This document shows, piece after piece, positions 42,836 to 53,897 of a DNA stretch of 64,000 nucleotides. Source of the DNA: a virus (Duplodnaviria; Caudoviricetes). The DNA is taken from the IMG/VR virus record IMGVR_UViG_3300021400_000103; one strand, 5' to 3'. Both the position numbers and the translations under genes were made by a program. How positions within the stretch are numbered: the first letter of the stretch is position 1; each line of letters starts with the position of its first letter. A model generated the notes under the pieces. The model saw only the letters and a program-made list of their open reading frames with translations. It did no database searches and was not told where the DNA came from.

Positions 42836-43483
42836 ATGTATACAATAGTAATGGATAAATATAAAAATCTTAACACTACTATACGTACTACTATCTTCCA
42901 AAAAGAATCGTTAGTAGATAAGATACAGTTTCTCATACCGCCACAGTATGAAGATATTGAAAATCTCCGTGATTATAATGCTACATTGAAATATGTGGAT
43001 CCAAACGGAAATTTTCATTCTGAAGTTCTGGCGTGTGACGATGAAACTTATAAGAATTACTTGAGATATGTGTTGCCGGTAGACACCAAGTTAACGGATG
43101 TAGCTGGTACAGTAACAGCACGACTTACATTTATTGGATTCAGTAATGATTCCAATGATACCGATGTCTATAAGTTGGAATCCAACTCTACTACCATCCA
43201 CGTTAATAAACCAGACGGATTTAATGATTGGATTAATGGCGAAGATTTTGAAGCGTATAAACAAGAAATAGCAAAATTGAAATCGGAAATGCCAACAGAC
43301 TTAGAGATTGGGGAACATGAAAATTTACACATGGTTCATGATGGCACAAAAATAGGTGAAGGCGTTGAAATTTTATTGCCAACACAATTTGAAGAACTTG
43401 ATGATGATAAAGACGGTATTTCAGATGTAGATAATATGAGACAAAATCCACAACCACAAAATAGTAACTTTATAGAATTATAA
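42836..43483 (+). CDS. BppU-like baseplate protein
   Basis: Beta-sandwich-type N-terminus; RBS aggaggtg. Confidence 0.55.
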   Translation: MYTIVMDKYKNLNTTIRTTIFQKESLVDKIQFLIPPQYEDIENLRDYNATLKYVDPNGNFHSEVLACDDETYKNYLRYVLPVDTKLTDVAGTVTARLTFIGFSNDSNDTDVYKLESNSTTIHVNKPDGFNDWINGEDFEAYKQEIAKLKSEMPTDLEIGEHENLHMVHDGTKIGEGVEILLPTQFEELDDDKDGISDVDNMRQNPQPQNSNFIEL

Positions 43484-43501
43484 GAAGGGAGGACAAATAA
43501 T

Positions 43502-44095
43502 ATGTTGACTCCTATTTTTACGCACGGAACTTATGCCAATACTCAAAAAGCAATTGATGAAGGCAAGTTGAAGTATCCTGCTTATTGTTGGTGTTCAGAC
43601 GTTCAGCAGTATGGATTTGTTAACAAAGATAATAAACTTGAAATTATTGGTATACCGGAACTCGCTGGAACAGCTCAAGATATGGTTATTTTGTCTACAT
43701 TGAATGATGGTATATATCAAGTGAGTGGTCAATATACAATTACAGCTGATTATCCAACCATATTTCTTTCTACTTCGGATGATTTATGTATAGTACAAAC
43801 GATTGATGAAAAGAAAATTGTAAAACGGATTACAGCTAATGAGATTGCAAATTATGTAATAGAAGATGATTTATCTGTAACCACATCAATTGTTGCTACT
43901 CAAGAGTGGATTAAGGAACAAGGATATGCAGATGAAGAATATATTGATTATAAGATGGAAATCTTAAAACACGAATTAGAAGATGAAATTGATGAACTTG
44001 TAAGACCAGTTGTAAAGCCAATTTGTGAGGAAGTTATTGATGAGACAATACAACCAATTGATGACCAAGACATTGAGTCATTGTTTAACAACTAA
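43502..44095 (+). CDS. Tail fibre-associated hypothetical protein
   Basis: ORF; C-terminal DIESLF motif. Confidence 0.6.
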   Translation: MLTPIFTHGTYANTQKAIDEGKLKYPAYCWCSDVQQYGFVNKDNKLEIIGIPELAGTAQDMVILSTLNDGIYQVSGQYTITADYPTIFLSTSDDLCIVQTIDEKKIVKRITANEIANYVIEDDLSVTTSIVATQEWIKEQGYADEEYIDYKMEILKHELEDEIDELVRPVVKPICEEVIDETIQPIDDQDIESLFNN

Positions 44096-44176
44096 TTATT
44101 GTTAATTGCACAAAAGCATGATGCTAATGTGTAATAATATAAATATTTTTCTTATTTTGAAAGGAGAAAAACTATT

Positions 44177-45547
44177 ATGGCAGCAAAACAATATATGACA
44201 TTATCTAACTTAACAAGTTATGATACACTAATCAAGCAGTACATTGGTACAGAAGACGCGAAGTCAATTAAGAGTATCTCAATTTCTGGGAATACCGTCA
44301 GCTTCTTCAAGACAGCAGACGCATCTGGAACCGCAGCATATACCGTGAACATGCCGGATGTCAGCGGATTTATGGATAAAATTGCAAGTGCATCTGGTTC
44401 TAAAGTAGTTGTTTCAACATCTGCTGGACAGGTAGCAGAGTCTTCAATTGCCGTCAGTGATGTAGCTACAAAGAGTTATGCTGACCAAGCAGCACAGGAT
44501 GCGGCAAATAGCAAGGATGCAGCTATCCAAGCGGCACAAGACGCCTCTGACGCAGCACAGACTGATGTTGACGCACTTGAGACACTTGTTGGTTCTATTC
44601 CTCAAGGGGCAACAGCAACAACTGTTGTTGGGTATGCAGAGGAAGTTGCTGACGCAGTAGCAGACGATCTTGATGCACTGGACTCTTCTCTTTCAGCAGT
44701 TGCTAAGAGTGGAGCTGCTTCTGATGTAGTATATGATAATACTACTTCTGGTTTATCTGCTGATGATGTGCAGGAGGCAATTGATGCTCTTGCTAATGCA
44801 TCTCAAGGTGGCGTGGCATCCAAGACTGTATATCTGCGAGATGAAAGTGCCGGACAGTCTGCTTATGCAAAGGTATATAAACTGTATCAGGGTGCCAATG
44901 CTCCGGATGCTCAGTCAGATCCCGCTGCTCTTATTGGGACTATAAACATTCCTTTAGATAAGGTTGTTCAAGACGGTCATGTTGTAACCGTTGAAGATGG
45001 AGTTGATAGTGATGGTGATACTGTTCCTTCAGGTACTGCTGATGGTATATATGTAAAGCTTACATTCCAAAATGTATCTACTCCGGTCTATATAAATGTT
45101 GAAGATCTCGTAGATGTTTATACAGGTGGAACAACTGCTGAAGCTACCGTATCTATTTCTAACACTAATGAGATCACTGTGACTATTAACGAGATTAATG
45201 GTTCTAAGCTTGCAGCTACATCTGTAGCAAAGGGCAAGCTTGATACCGCTGTTCAGAATTCTCTTGACCTTGCTGATAGTGCGGTACAGAGTGTAGCTGA
45301 AGGTAGTGCTAATGGTACAGTTTCTGTTGATGGAACTGACGTTGCAGTACATGGTCTTGGTAGTGCCGCTTACACGGCTTCTACCGCTTATGACGCATCT
45401 GGCGCTGCTGCAACTGCTAAATCTGAAGTTATTGGTGAGTCTACAGACACAGCAAGCGCAAATACAATTTATGGCGCTAAGGCATATGCGGATGCAAGTA
45501 CAGAACCAATTGCAACAAGTGATATCGAAGCATTATTTACTTCGTAA
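44177..45547 (+). CDS. Ala/Ser/Thr-rich fibre-like structural protein
   Basis: High-expression codon bias; YDNTTSGLSADDVQEAIDAL and TIYGAKAYAD motifs; followed by a terminator. Confidence 0.65.
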   Translation: MAAKQYMTLSNLTSYDTLIKQYIGTEDAKSIKSISISGNTVSFFKTADASGTAAYTVNMPDVSGFMDKIASASGSKVVVSTSAGQVAESSIAVSDVATKSYADQAAQDAANSKDAAIQAAQDASDAAQTDVDALETLVGSIPQGATATTVVGYAEEVADAVADDLDALDSSLSAVAKSGAASDVVYDNTTSGLSADDVQEAIDALANASQGGVASKTVYLRDESAGQSAYAKVYKLYQGANAPDAQSDPAALIGTINIPLDKVVQDGHVVTVEDGVDSDGDTVPSGTADGIYVKLTFQNVSTPVYINVEDLVDVYTGGTTAEATVSISNTNEITVTINEINGSKLAATSVAKGKLDTAVQNSLDLADSAVQSVAEGSANGTVSVDGTDVAVHGLGSAAYTASTAYDASGAAATAKSEVIGESTDTASANTIYGAKAYADASTEPIATSDIEALFTS

Positions 45548-45580
45548 TCCGTAGAGTATAATACTCATATTTGTATAACT

Positions 45581-45610
45581 GGAGAGCGGTCATCGTACCG
45601 CTCTCCTTTT
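45581..45610 (+). terminator. Intrinsic terminator
   Basis: ggagagcggt/accgctctcc + tttt. Confidence 0.75.
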
Positions 45611-45634
45611 CTAATGAATAAAAGGAGAAATAAT

Positions 45635-46666
45635 ATGGGAAGACATATTATCAAACATAAGATCATAAGTGAAGAATCGTGTTCTAATATTTTACCAGAG
45701 AATAAGGAATTAATGGACGACTTTCTTCGTTATTTAAAATCTATTGATAGGTCACCAACAACAATTGAAGCATACACTTCAGACTTGAATATATTTTTTG
45801 TTTATAACTTAGAAAATAACAACAATAAAAGATTTCCAGATATTACAAAACGTGAATTTATTCGTTTCCAAGACCACGCACTTAACGAGTGGCAATGGAG
45901 TCCTAGGCGTTTACGCCGAGTAAAATCTGCAATCTCTTCTCTCTCCAATTATATTGAAAATGTATTAGATGAAGATCCTAAATATGCTAACTATAAGAGT
46001 TCTATTAGAAAAATAGAATCACCAGTTAACCAACCAGTATTAGATAAGACAATATTTACAAACGAAGAACTACAGAAATTATTGGATTATTTGGTATCTA
46101 AAAAACGTTATCGTCAAGCGGCGGTATTGTCATTGTGTATGAATTCTGGTAGACGTAGGAGTGAAATACCAAGGTTTAAGACGGAATATTTTACTGATGA
46201 TAATGTAATATTCGGTTCATTATGGAAGACACCGGAGAAAGTAAAAACTAAAGGTCGTGGTTCTAAGGGTAAACAAATACATCTATATGTGCTCAAAAAA
46301 CAGTTTGAGCCTTACCTTAAACTCTGGATGGATTACAGAAAAGAAAATGGCATAGAAAGTGAATGGTTATTCCCAAATATGAACGACTATTCTAAGCCAA
46401 TGAGTACCGAAACGATGCGCATGTGGGTAAAACCATTCAGCAGATTTCTCGGTAAAGATTTTTACTGGCATTCGTTACGGCATTACTTTACTACCGAATT
46501 AGTCAGAAATGATATTCCTGCTAACGTTATTAAAGAAATGATTAATTGGGAAACAACAGATATGGTAGACTTATATACCGACCTTTCATCTGATGATTTA
46601 TTTGGAAAATACTTTGATGAAAACGGAATAAAGAAAATACAATATAGATCCGTCGCTAACTTATAG
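45635..46666 (+). CDS. Tyrosine recombinase (XerC/D-like) 2
   Basis: SGRRRSE, KTKG, WHSLRH, INW and LY motifs; similar architecture to 13226-14248. Confidence 0.85.
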   Translation: MGRHIIKHKIISEESCSNILPENKELMDDFLRYLKSIDRSPTTIEAYTSDLNIFFVYNLENNNNKRFPDITKREFIRFQDHALNEWQWSPRRLRRVKSAISSLSNYIENVLDEDPKYANYKSSIRKIESPVNQPVLDKTIFTNEELQKLLDYLVSKKRYRQAAVLSLCMNSGRRRSEIPRFKTEYFTDDNVIFGSLWKTPEKVKTKGRGSKGKQIHLYVLKKQFEPYLKLWMDYRKENGIESEWLFPNMNDYSKPMSTETMRMWVKPFSRFLGKDFYWHSLRHYFTTELVRNDIPANVIKEMINWETTDMVDLYTDLSSDDLFGKYFDENGIKKIQYRSVANL

Positions 46667-46753
46667 CGACTTTTTTATTGCTTTACCAATTTCGCGCATA
46701 GATTAATCAATTTGGTAAAGTAATAAACTATAACACAAGAAAGGAGAAATGTC

Positions 46754-47812
46754 ATGTCAAAGCAATTTCTCGACTTGAACGGATTGACAACGTACCATAA
46801 TGGTGTCAAGGGATATGTCGAAGACCAAATTCCTCAATCCAACTGGACACAATCCGACAATACAAAGAAAGACTTTATTAAAAATAAGCCAACCCTTGGC
46901 ACAGCTTCTGGCAAAGATGTACCTACTTCTGGAAATGCGTCATCCAGCCAAGTTGTAATGGGTAACGATTCTCGTCTAAGTGATAGTCGTACACCAAAAT
47001 CACATACACATACGAAATCTGAAATTACAGACTTCCCATCTCTTGGAACTGCATCTGCAAAGGATGTACCTTCTTCTGGTAACGCCTCTGCAACACAGGT
47101 CGTTATGGGAGATGATACAAGATTATCCGATGCTCGACAAGCATCTGATGTATATACTTGGGCAAAGCAATCTACAAAACCAACTTATACTGCATCTGAA
47201 GTAGGTGCAATCGCAACTACTGCAAAGGGCGCAAACAACGGTGTTGCTGAACTGGATTCTACTGGTAAAGTACCTAGTTCACAGTTACCGTCGTTCGTAG
47301 ATGATGTTTTGGAATACGATAGTCAATCCGCTTTTCCGTCTACTGGGGAAACTGGAAAGATTTATATTGCGAAGGATACGAATAAGACATATAGATGGGG
47401 CGGAACTGGTTATACAGAGATTAGCCCTTCTCTCGCACTTGGAGAGACATCTGCTACTGCATACCGTGGTGATCGTGGTAAGACCGCATACGACCACTCT
47501 CAAGTAACAAGTGGTAATCCTCATAACGTTACAAAGTCTGATGTAGGCTTAGGTAACGTAGGCAACTTTAAGGCGGTATCTACTGTTGCGTCCCAAGGAC
47601 TTACATCTACGGAACAAGGAAATGCTCGGACAAATATTGGCCTTGGTTCTGCTGCGATTAAGGATGCTCCGTCTAGTGGGAACGCAAGTAGTTCTCAAGT
47701 AGTTTTGGGTAATGATACCAGAGTAACAGATGAACCAGTATTAAGAACTGCATTTGATGCTCTTGGTTTCTCTGTAGTAGACGGCATGCTTTGCCAGACA
47801 TATACAACGTAG
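46754..47812 (+). CDS. Tail fibre protein with three LGTAS.KDVP.SGNAS..QVV.G.D.R repeats
   Basis: Internal repeats; GVAELDSTGKVPSSQLPS and NPHNVTKSDVGLGNV fibre motifs. Confidence 0.75.
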   Translation: MSKQFLDLNGLTTYHNGVKGYVEDQIPQSNWTQSDNTKKDFIKNKPTLGTASGKDVPTSGNASSSQVVMGNDSRLSDSRTPKSHTHTKSEITDFPSLGTASAKDVPSSGNASATQVVMGDDTRLSDARQASDVYTWAKQSTKPTYTASEVGAIATTAKGANNGVAELDSTGKVPSSQLPSFVDDVLEYDSQSAFPSTGETGKIYIAKDTNKTYRWGGTGYTEISPSLALGETSATAYRGDRGKTAYDHSQVTSGNPHNVTKSDVGLGNVGNFKAVSTVASQGLTSTEQGNARTNIGLGSAAIKDAPSSGNASSSQVVLGNDTRVTDEPVLRTAFDALGFSVVDGMLCQTYTT

Positions 47813-47825
47813 GAGGTGACGCATT

Positions 47826-49685
47826 ATGAGTAATGTAACAAAACCAGTCATGCGAGATGACACTGGTAAAAGCGTGGCACAGGCACTCGGTAATGTTGCC
47901 ACCGCTATTAATAACATGGACAAAGTACAGTGGGGTCAGGTGAAAGGCACATTGTCTAACCAGACAGACCTTAAGAATAACCTTGATTCTTTACAAGGGC
48001 AGATAGATAGTTTTACTGCACTCACTCCTGGCTCGACAACGGGAGATGCAGAACTTACTAACATCCGTGTAGATTCGTCTGGACACACATATAATACCGC
48101 TGGAGATGCAGTACGTGCCATCGATAGCCAAGTTACAGCAATGAAAACAGGATTTGATGGTGTTGTGTATCCGAGTCCGGCGGCGATGGTACAGGGTGAG
48201 GATCAGAAATTATATAATGCCATAATTGGGAAAACCGTTCCTGTATATCGTCCGAATCTTTCCCATGCTATTCGGTGGATGTTCGGAACAATCGGAATGG
48301 ACGGTGCAGAAAGTTCGTATACAGACCGGATAAAAACCGATTATATTCCGGTGGATGGAATCGCAAGTATTGATGTAAGTGTTTATGATGGAAAAAGATA
48401 CAGTGTAAACTTTTACAATTCAAGTAAAACATTTATAAATCAACCGACAAGCGGATGGGCAACAGACTATGCTAATTACAAAATACCGGATGATATTGCA
48501 TATGTACGTTTTGTTATGTCATATTCAGCGGGCGGGGCGATGAATCTGGCTGATAATAGATTTTTGGATACATTCGGAAATTATTATGCAAAAGATGCAA
48601 GCAACGAAAACCTGAAAAAGATTATTGCCATAGAAGATAGATCAGAGATTTCATTATTTTGGCGAAATGGGTATATTTACGGAAACGGAACCATTGACGA
48701 ATCCGCTTCCATGAATGCATACATATATGTGGTTTCTCCGCAGTCTTTCCCGTTTGATGTATTTGTATTTCCTGATATTGGCTACCAGATCAACGGAAGA
48801 TTATATACTAACCACAATGTATCAACAACGCTCCCGTTTACAACAGGATCATTTTTTATTAAGGCTAATACACAATTTACAATCAACGCATCAAAAGTCC
48901 CGGCTGTAACAGTTAGCGATGTAGATGAGTATGCGACACATATCCATATAATTCCGGCGGTTCACTTCGATCAGGTTCCGATTGTCAGAAAAAACACCTT
49001 AAAGATGGCAGTTTTGGGTGACAGTATATCCACATATTCTGGATATAGCGAAACCGATGAATCATTGAATGCACCATATTATCCCCGTGGAGATGTGAAT
49101 TCCGTAGATTTGACATGGTGGAAAATCGTAGCTGACGCATTACATGCAGATAAGGTTTCAGTAAGTGCGATCAGTCAGTCGGCATATTATGATTATGGCG
49201 AAAGCAAATATCCGCCAGCATATACAGATGCACGGATCACAAGACTGGGAGCAAATGGACAGCCGGATATTATCTTTGTAGCAATGGGAGCAAATGACGG
49301 ATTCGCAAGTCAGACTGCCGACATTTCATTTGATTATGATGTTTCGGCTCTGGAAGAATTGACAAATTCAACAATGCGAGGGATTGCGCTGACCATCAGG
49401 AAAATTCAGACCAGTTATCCTTCCGCCAAAATCGTGCTTGTTATCCCGAAACAGATGAAGATGGCGGATATGCCGACAGGCTACACAAATGAACGTGTGA
49501 ACAAAATCGCAGATTACATCATCGAACTTGGAAAGATTCACGGCGTTAATAAGGTGATCGACCTTCGAAGATGTGGGATAAACCAGAGCAATACCGGATC
49601 ATTCTGTGAAGACGGGGTTATCCATCCGAATGCGGAGGGAATGCGATACATGGCGCAGTATATCATTTCAGAATTAAGGAACTGA
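47826..49685 (+). CDS. Fibre/receptor-binding protein with a C-terminal SGNH/GDSL esterase
   Basis: VLGDSIS, MGAND and DGVIHPN catalytic blocks. Confidence 0.8.
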   Translation: MSNVTKPVMRDDTGKSVAQALGNVATAINNMDKVQWGQVKGTLSNQTDLKNNLDSLQGQIDSFTALTPGSTTGDAELTNIRVDSSGHTYNTAGDAVRAIDSQVTAMKTGFDGVVYPSPAAMVQGEDQKLYNAIIGKTVPVYRPNLSHAIRWMFGTIGMDGAESSYTDRIKTDYIPVDGIASIDVSVYDGKRYSVNFYNSSKTFINQPTSGWATDYANYKIPDDIAYVRFVMSYSAGGAMNLADNRFLDTFGNYYAKDASNENLKKIIAIEDRSEISLFWRNGYIYGNGTIDESASMNAYIYVVSPQSFPFDVFVFPDIGYQINGRLYTNHNVSTTLPFTTGSFFIKANTQFTINASKVPAVTVSDVDEYATHIHIIPAVHFDQVPIVRKNTLKMAVLGDSISTYSGYSETDESLNAPYYPRGDVNSVDLTWWKIVADALHADKVSVSAISQSAYYDYGESKYPPAYTDARITRLGANGQPDIIFVAMGANDGFASQTADISFDYDVSALEELTNSTMRGIALTIRKIQTSYPSAKIVLVIPKQMKMADMPTGYTNERVNKIADYIIELGKIHGVNKVIDLRRCGINQSNTGSFCEDGVIHPNAEGMRYMAQYIISELRN

Positions 49686-49938
49686 TCGGCCCGTTTACGA
49701 TCGAAAACGATCCGGTGACAGTTACCCCGTAAAACCGTTATTTTATGGGATAAAATTCTTTACTTTATTAAGTGTAAACATTCATACACTTAACATTATT
49801 AAGTATCTTATAACTCTCGCTTAATTATATTAAGCGTTTTTAAGTCGACGGTTCGCCCTTCGTGTAACATATAGTTTAAGGGGTTGATGCTTCGGTGTCA
49901 ACTCCTTTTTTAATGATAGATAAAAGGAGAAATCTAAT

Positions 49939-52788
49939 ATGAGTCAAATTACAAAACCAGTTATATTAGATGAGACTGGTCAGGACATAGCTACACAAGT
50001 CGAGGCGGTGGTTGCTGCCATCGAGAATCTTGACACATTCAGTGGTAACTATGCTGACCTGAATGGACTACCGACTCTTGGTACTGCTTCTGCTCTTGAT
50101 GTGGCGGCAAGTGGTAATGCATCTTCGAGCCAAGTAGTCAAAGGTAATGATACAAGACTTACAGACGCTAGACCTTCTAGTGATGTAGTTCAAACATATA
50201 ATGCTTCGAGCCAAGTACCTATTAGTGGGAAGGGTGTGGCTGAGGCAATTGATACAGTAGTTCCCACAAAAGAAGTAACAAGTGAAACAGGATCGCGAGT
50301 TATCGAAATCACCGACGGCGCAGACGCACCGCTTGTGAAGTGTACCACCGCCATCCAAGGAAATCAAGATTTGCATGGATATGATAAGCCGTGGGTAGGG
50401 GGTAGCGGAAAAAATAAGTTGCCTCTTGTGTTGAGTGATATTAAGAGTGCTAATACCAACGGAACGTGGAGTGGCAATTCTTACACTCATAATGGTGTTA
50501 CATATACTGTAAACACCGACTCTGATGGGAACATAATTAGCATTTCAACGAGTGGTATTGCAAGTGCAAGGTCATATTTGTTTGTAAAATTAAATTTAGT
50601 GCTAGCGAATGGCGAATATAAAATTAATGGATATAGTGGAGGTGCAAGCACCACAAGCGGTATATCATTTTATTTTGTATATGATTCAGCACAAGCGTCA
50701 CCTGTTTATGTTCGTGATGATAACGGTGCAAACGTGACTATAAATAACGATACAATAACAATAGTAATAAATGTTGGTAATGGTTCGGATGCAAACGGAA
50801 AAAACTATTACCCAATGATTCGACTTGCAACTGAAACAGATACCACTTTCTCCCCCTACTCCAACATCTGCCCCATAACGGCATATACGGAGGGGGAGAT
50901 TGAGGTATGCGGAAAGAACCTTTGCAATCCGAGCAAAGTTACACATCCATCTTCACAGTATATATGGGGATATAAAGGAGAAGGTTTTCTTTTCAGGGCT
51001 GGCACTTCTTATACGCTTTCAATAGATATAGCTGTTGCGAGTACGTCCATTTATTCGGTTGATGAAACCACGCAACTTGCATATGCTTCATCTGTTGGCA
51101 GAGTTACCTATACACCAACAAAAGACACGCTCGGTGTATTGCGGTTCTATGGCGCAACAGCTCTTGATTTTGACAACGCTCATATTCAGCTCGAAATCGG
51201 TACTTCACCAACCACCTACGAGCCGTATAAAGGCACCACCCACACCACCACCTACCCCTCTGCTATATACCGAGGGAGTGAGGATGTGGTGAAGGGTAGT
51301 GTAAGCACAGAAAAGGTAGTAATAGAATTTGATGGTTCATCTGATGAAGATTGGGGAGTCAATACACCTGCACAAGATTTTTATATAATCATACCGAACT
51401 CAAAAAGGTCAACCATTATATGTAATGCATTTAAGGGTGTAGCACCTGTGCGATACGACTCACTTGCCGTGGGCGAGTGTGCATTTGCAAACGTGGGAGA
51501 TATGTATGTAAACTTCCACGCAACGCATGGTGATATGGCAACATGGAAATCATATCTTGCAAGTAATCCGTTGCAAGTTGTGTACGAACCTAATATACCA
51601 ACAACCTCATCCGTCACCCCCACCAACCTACCCATCAAATCACTATTTGGGTATAACCACATAGAGAGCAGTACCGGGGATATGGTAGTCGATTACATCA
51701 CAGAGGAGTATCAGCCGTTGGTTGACCTCATTGAAGATAGTGGTGAGACCGTAGCTCAAACAGCTACCAATACTGATGCTGATTATGAGATATTATTTAG
51801 TGAAACCGCCGATAATACAACCAGAACTGAAGGAGCTAGAAAATCACCAGGTTTGATTTATAATCCTTTAAAACAATCACTCGTTGTTGGCACATTGAAA
51901 TCAGATACCGTTATTGGTTCAAATGCTACTGCATTCGGATCTAGTGTGGCTGCAACCGCTATAGCGGCTCATGCGGAAGGAAGTGGTACAGTTGCAAGCA
52001 AACAGGCTTCTCACGCAGAAGGAGTTGGTGCTAATGCAAACGGTGTTGGTTCTCACGCCGAAGGAGATCATACATCTGCAAATGGGTACGCGTCCCATGC
52101 AGAAGGCGTATCTACAACCGCAGCCGAACACGCCCATGCGGAAGGGAACACCACAACAGCAAGTGGGCAAGCCTCTCATGCAGAAGGAAATCATACAACC
52201 GCAAGTGGTCAGTATTCGCATGCAGAAGGTTATTATGCTAATGCAAATCACAAATCACAACACGTATTTGGTGAACATAATATTGTAGATCCATCAACGG
52301 CTGCGGCCACAGCAAGAGGGACTTACGTAGAAATAGTTGGCAATGGTACTGTTAATACAAAATCAAATGCTCGTACGCTTTCTTGGGATGGTACAGAAAC
52401 ATTAGCTAAAGATCTTAACTTAGCAGGTACGACATCAGACATTATACTTACCGGCACAAACAACACCTGGGATGGTACAAACACATCGTTGAAAAATGCG
52501 CTTGGTCGGTATATTCTTCAGGCGAATGTTCAGGCAACTTGTTATAATACTGGAATGGTGGAAATCACAGTTCCAAGCGGCGTTAGTGCGGATGCTACTG
52601 GGAATTTCTTTAATCATGTTCCGATTATCCAATTGCGTTATAATAATGCTTATGATAATTATTATGTTACAAGTTATCATCGTCAACCTGAGAATGGGAA
52701 ATTAATATTGTATATACGTCAAGGAACAACTGGTCTTTCCGCAAATAAAACTATTTACGCAGATATTTTATGGGTTAAAATTTATTAA
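49939..52788 (+). CDS. Tail fibre/adhesin with (S/A)HAEG repeats (YadA/Hep_Hag-like)
   Basis: Seven HAEG repeats at about 14-aa spacing; N-terminus paralogous to 47826. Confidence 0.75.
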   Translation: MSQITKPVILDETGQDIATQVEAVVAAIENLDTFSGNYADLNGLPTLGTASALDVAASGNASSSQVVKGNDTRLTDARPSSDVVQTYNASSQVPISGKGVAEAIDTVVPTKEVTSETGSRVIEITDGADAPLVKCTTAIQGNQDLHGYDKPWVGGSGKNKLPLVLSDIKSANTNGTWSGNSYTHNGVTYTVNTDSDGNIISISTSGIASARSYLFVKLNLVLANGEYKINGYSGGASTTSGISFYFVYDSAQASPVYVRDDNGANVTINNDTITIVINVGNGSDANGKNYYPMIRLATETDTTFSPYSNICPITAYTEGEIEVCGKNLCNPSKVTHPSSQYIWGYKGEGFLFRAGTSYTLSIDIAVASTSIYSVDETTQLAYASSVGRVTYTPTKDTLGVLRFYGATALDFDNAHIQLEIGTSPTTYEPYKGTTHTTTYPSAIYRGSEDVVKGSVSTEKVVIEFDGSSDEDWGVNTPAQDFYIIIPNSKRSTIICNAFKGVAPVRYDSLAVGECAFANVGDMYVNFHATHGDMATWKSYLASNPLQVVYEPNIPTTSSVTPTNLPIKSLFGYNHIESSTGDMVVDYITEEYQPLVDLIEDSGETVAQTATNTDADYEILFSETADNTTRTEGARKSPGLIYNPLKQSLVVGTLKSDTVIGSNATAFGSSVAATAIAAHAEGSGTVASKQASHAEGVGANANGVGSHAEGDHTSANGYASHAEGVSTTAAEHAHAEGNTTTASGQASHAEGNHTTASGQYSHAEGYYANANHKSQHVFGEHNIVDPSTAAATARGTYVEIVGNGTVNTKSNARTLSWDGTETLAKDLNLAGTTSDIILTGTNNTWDGTNTSLKNALGRYILQANVQATCYNTGMVEITVPSGVSADATGNFFNHVPIIQLRYNNAYDNYYVTSYHRQPENGKLILYIRQGTTGLSANKTIYADILWVKIY

Positions 52789-52869
52789 TTACTCTCATAC
52801 TCGTGTTTAACCGCATGGGTGTGATTTTTTAATAGGGGCTAACAACAATCCTCAAAAGGAGGTGATTAA

Positions 52870-53868
52870 ATGCCAAGTACGGTACCTGGATACAAAACGG
52901 TAAAACAAAGAATTGTTAATTCAAACGGTGACTATGAACTAGTATCCATGTGGACACATTCCGATACGATCGAGTTGCCTGACGGACAACCGCTGACTAA
53001 CAAAGTAAATCGTGGCGTGTATATTGACACAAAAGAAACAAGTGACATGTTGATCGAACCACCGGCAATCGATGATTATGACGTATCACCAAATAAGTTG
53101 TGGAGTTCGCAGAAGATTAATAACGAACTTGAGAACAAAGCTACTCTGGATGATACATCGTTGACAACCGATGCAACATGGAGTGCTTATAAGATTAACA
53201 ATGCACTATCTACAAAGGGAACTATTAACGACAGCATCACCGCTACCAGCTCGACATGGAGTTCTAGTAAGATAGGCGGGCTATTTGCAACCAAGGCGGA
53301 AATTAATGATAGTTTGCTCTCTTCTACTTCAACATATAGTTCGCAGAAGATTGAGAGCCTGATCGCTACTAGTACTGGAGCTATTGATGATGCGAAGACA
53401 GATACTACACACACATGGAGTTCGAGCAAGATTAATACGCAGATCAATACTCAGGTTGCTACCAAGGCAAGTATCAATGACAATACGCCGTCTAGTAGCA
53501 CCACGTATAGCGGAACAAAAATAGAAGCATTATATGCAAAGACAAACCGGAGCGTTGGCGATACAAGAACTCCAGTTTATTTTTCAGGAGGTGTTCCAGT
53601 TGCTACATCTATAATTATACGAAATTATGGTATAGCAGCTGGAAATGTTTTGGAAGTTGATGCTCCACATGAATCACTAGTTATTGTTGGTAAGTTAAAT
53701 AAATATGCCGTTGCATTTATTGATTATAAGGGTAATGTTATTAATATACATGCAGACTCTACTTTGGCGGATATTTATTATGATGATACAAGAAACATAT
53801 TAAGTGTATCAAATTCATATACTGGTCAACAGATTAGTGCATTGCTAATTGCGAGCGCTCCTCGTTAA
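52870..53868 (+). CDS. Fibre-like protein with six I(N/D)D.....T(W/Y)SS.KI repeats
   Basis: Tandem ~26-aa repeats. Confidence 0.7.
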   Translation: MPSTVPGYKTVKQRIVNSNGDYELVSMWTHSDTIELPDGQPLTNKVNRGVYIDTKETSDMLIEPPAIDDYDVSPNKLWSSQKINNELENKATLDDTSLTTDATWSAYKINNALSTKGTINDSITATSSTWSSSKIGGLFATKAEINDSLLSSTSTYSSQKIESLIATSTGAIDDAKTDTTHTWSSSKINTQINTQVATKASINDNTPSSSTTYSGTKIEALYAKTNRSVGDTRTPVYFSGGVPVATSIIIRNYGIAAGNVLEVDAPHESLVIVGKLNKYAVAFIDYKGNVINIHADSTLADIYYDDTRNILSVSNSYTGQQISALLIASAPR

Positions 53869-53897
53869 AAGTAAAGATTTAAAGGAGGTACAGAAAT

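Noticed and set aside
37952-53868. Shufflon or diversity-generating retroelement acting on fibre genes
   Set aside because: All cassettes are on one strand; I saw no inverted crossover repeats, no reverse transcriptase and no adenine-specific template/variable repeat pair
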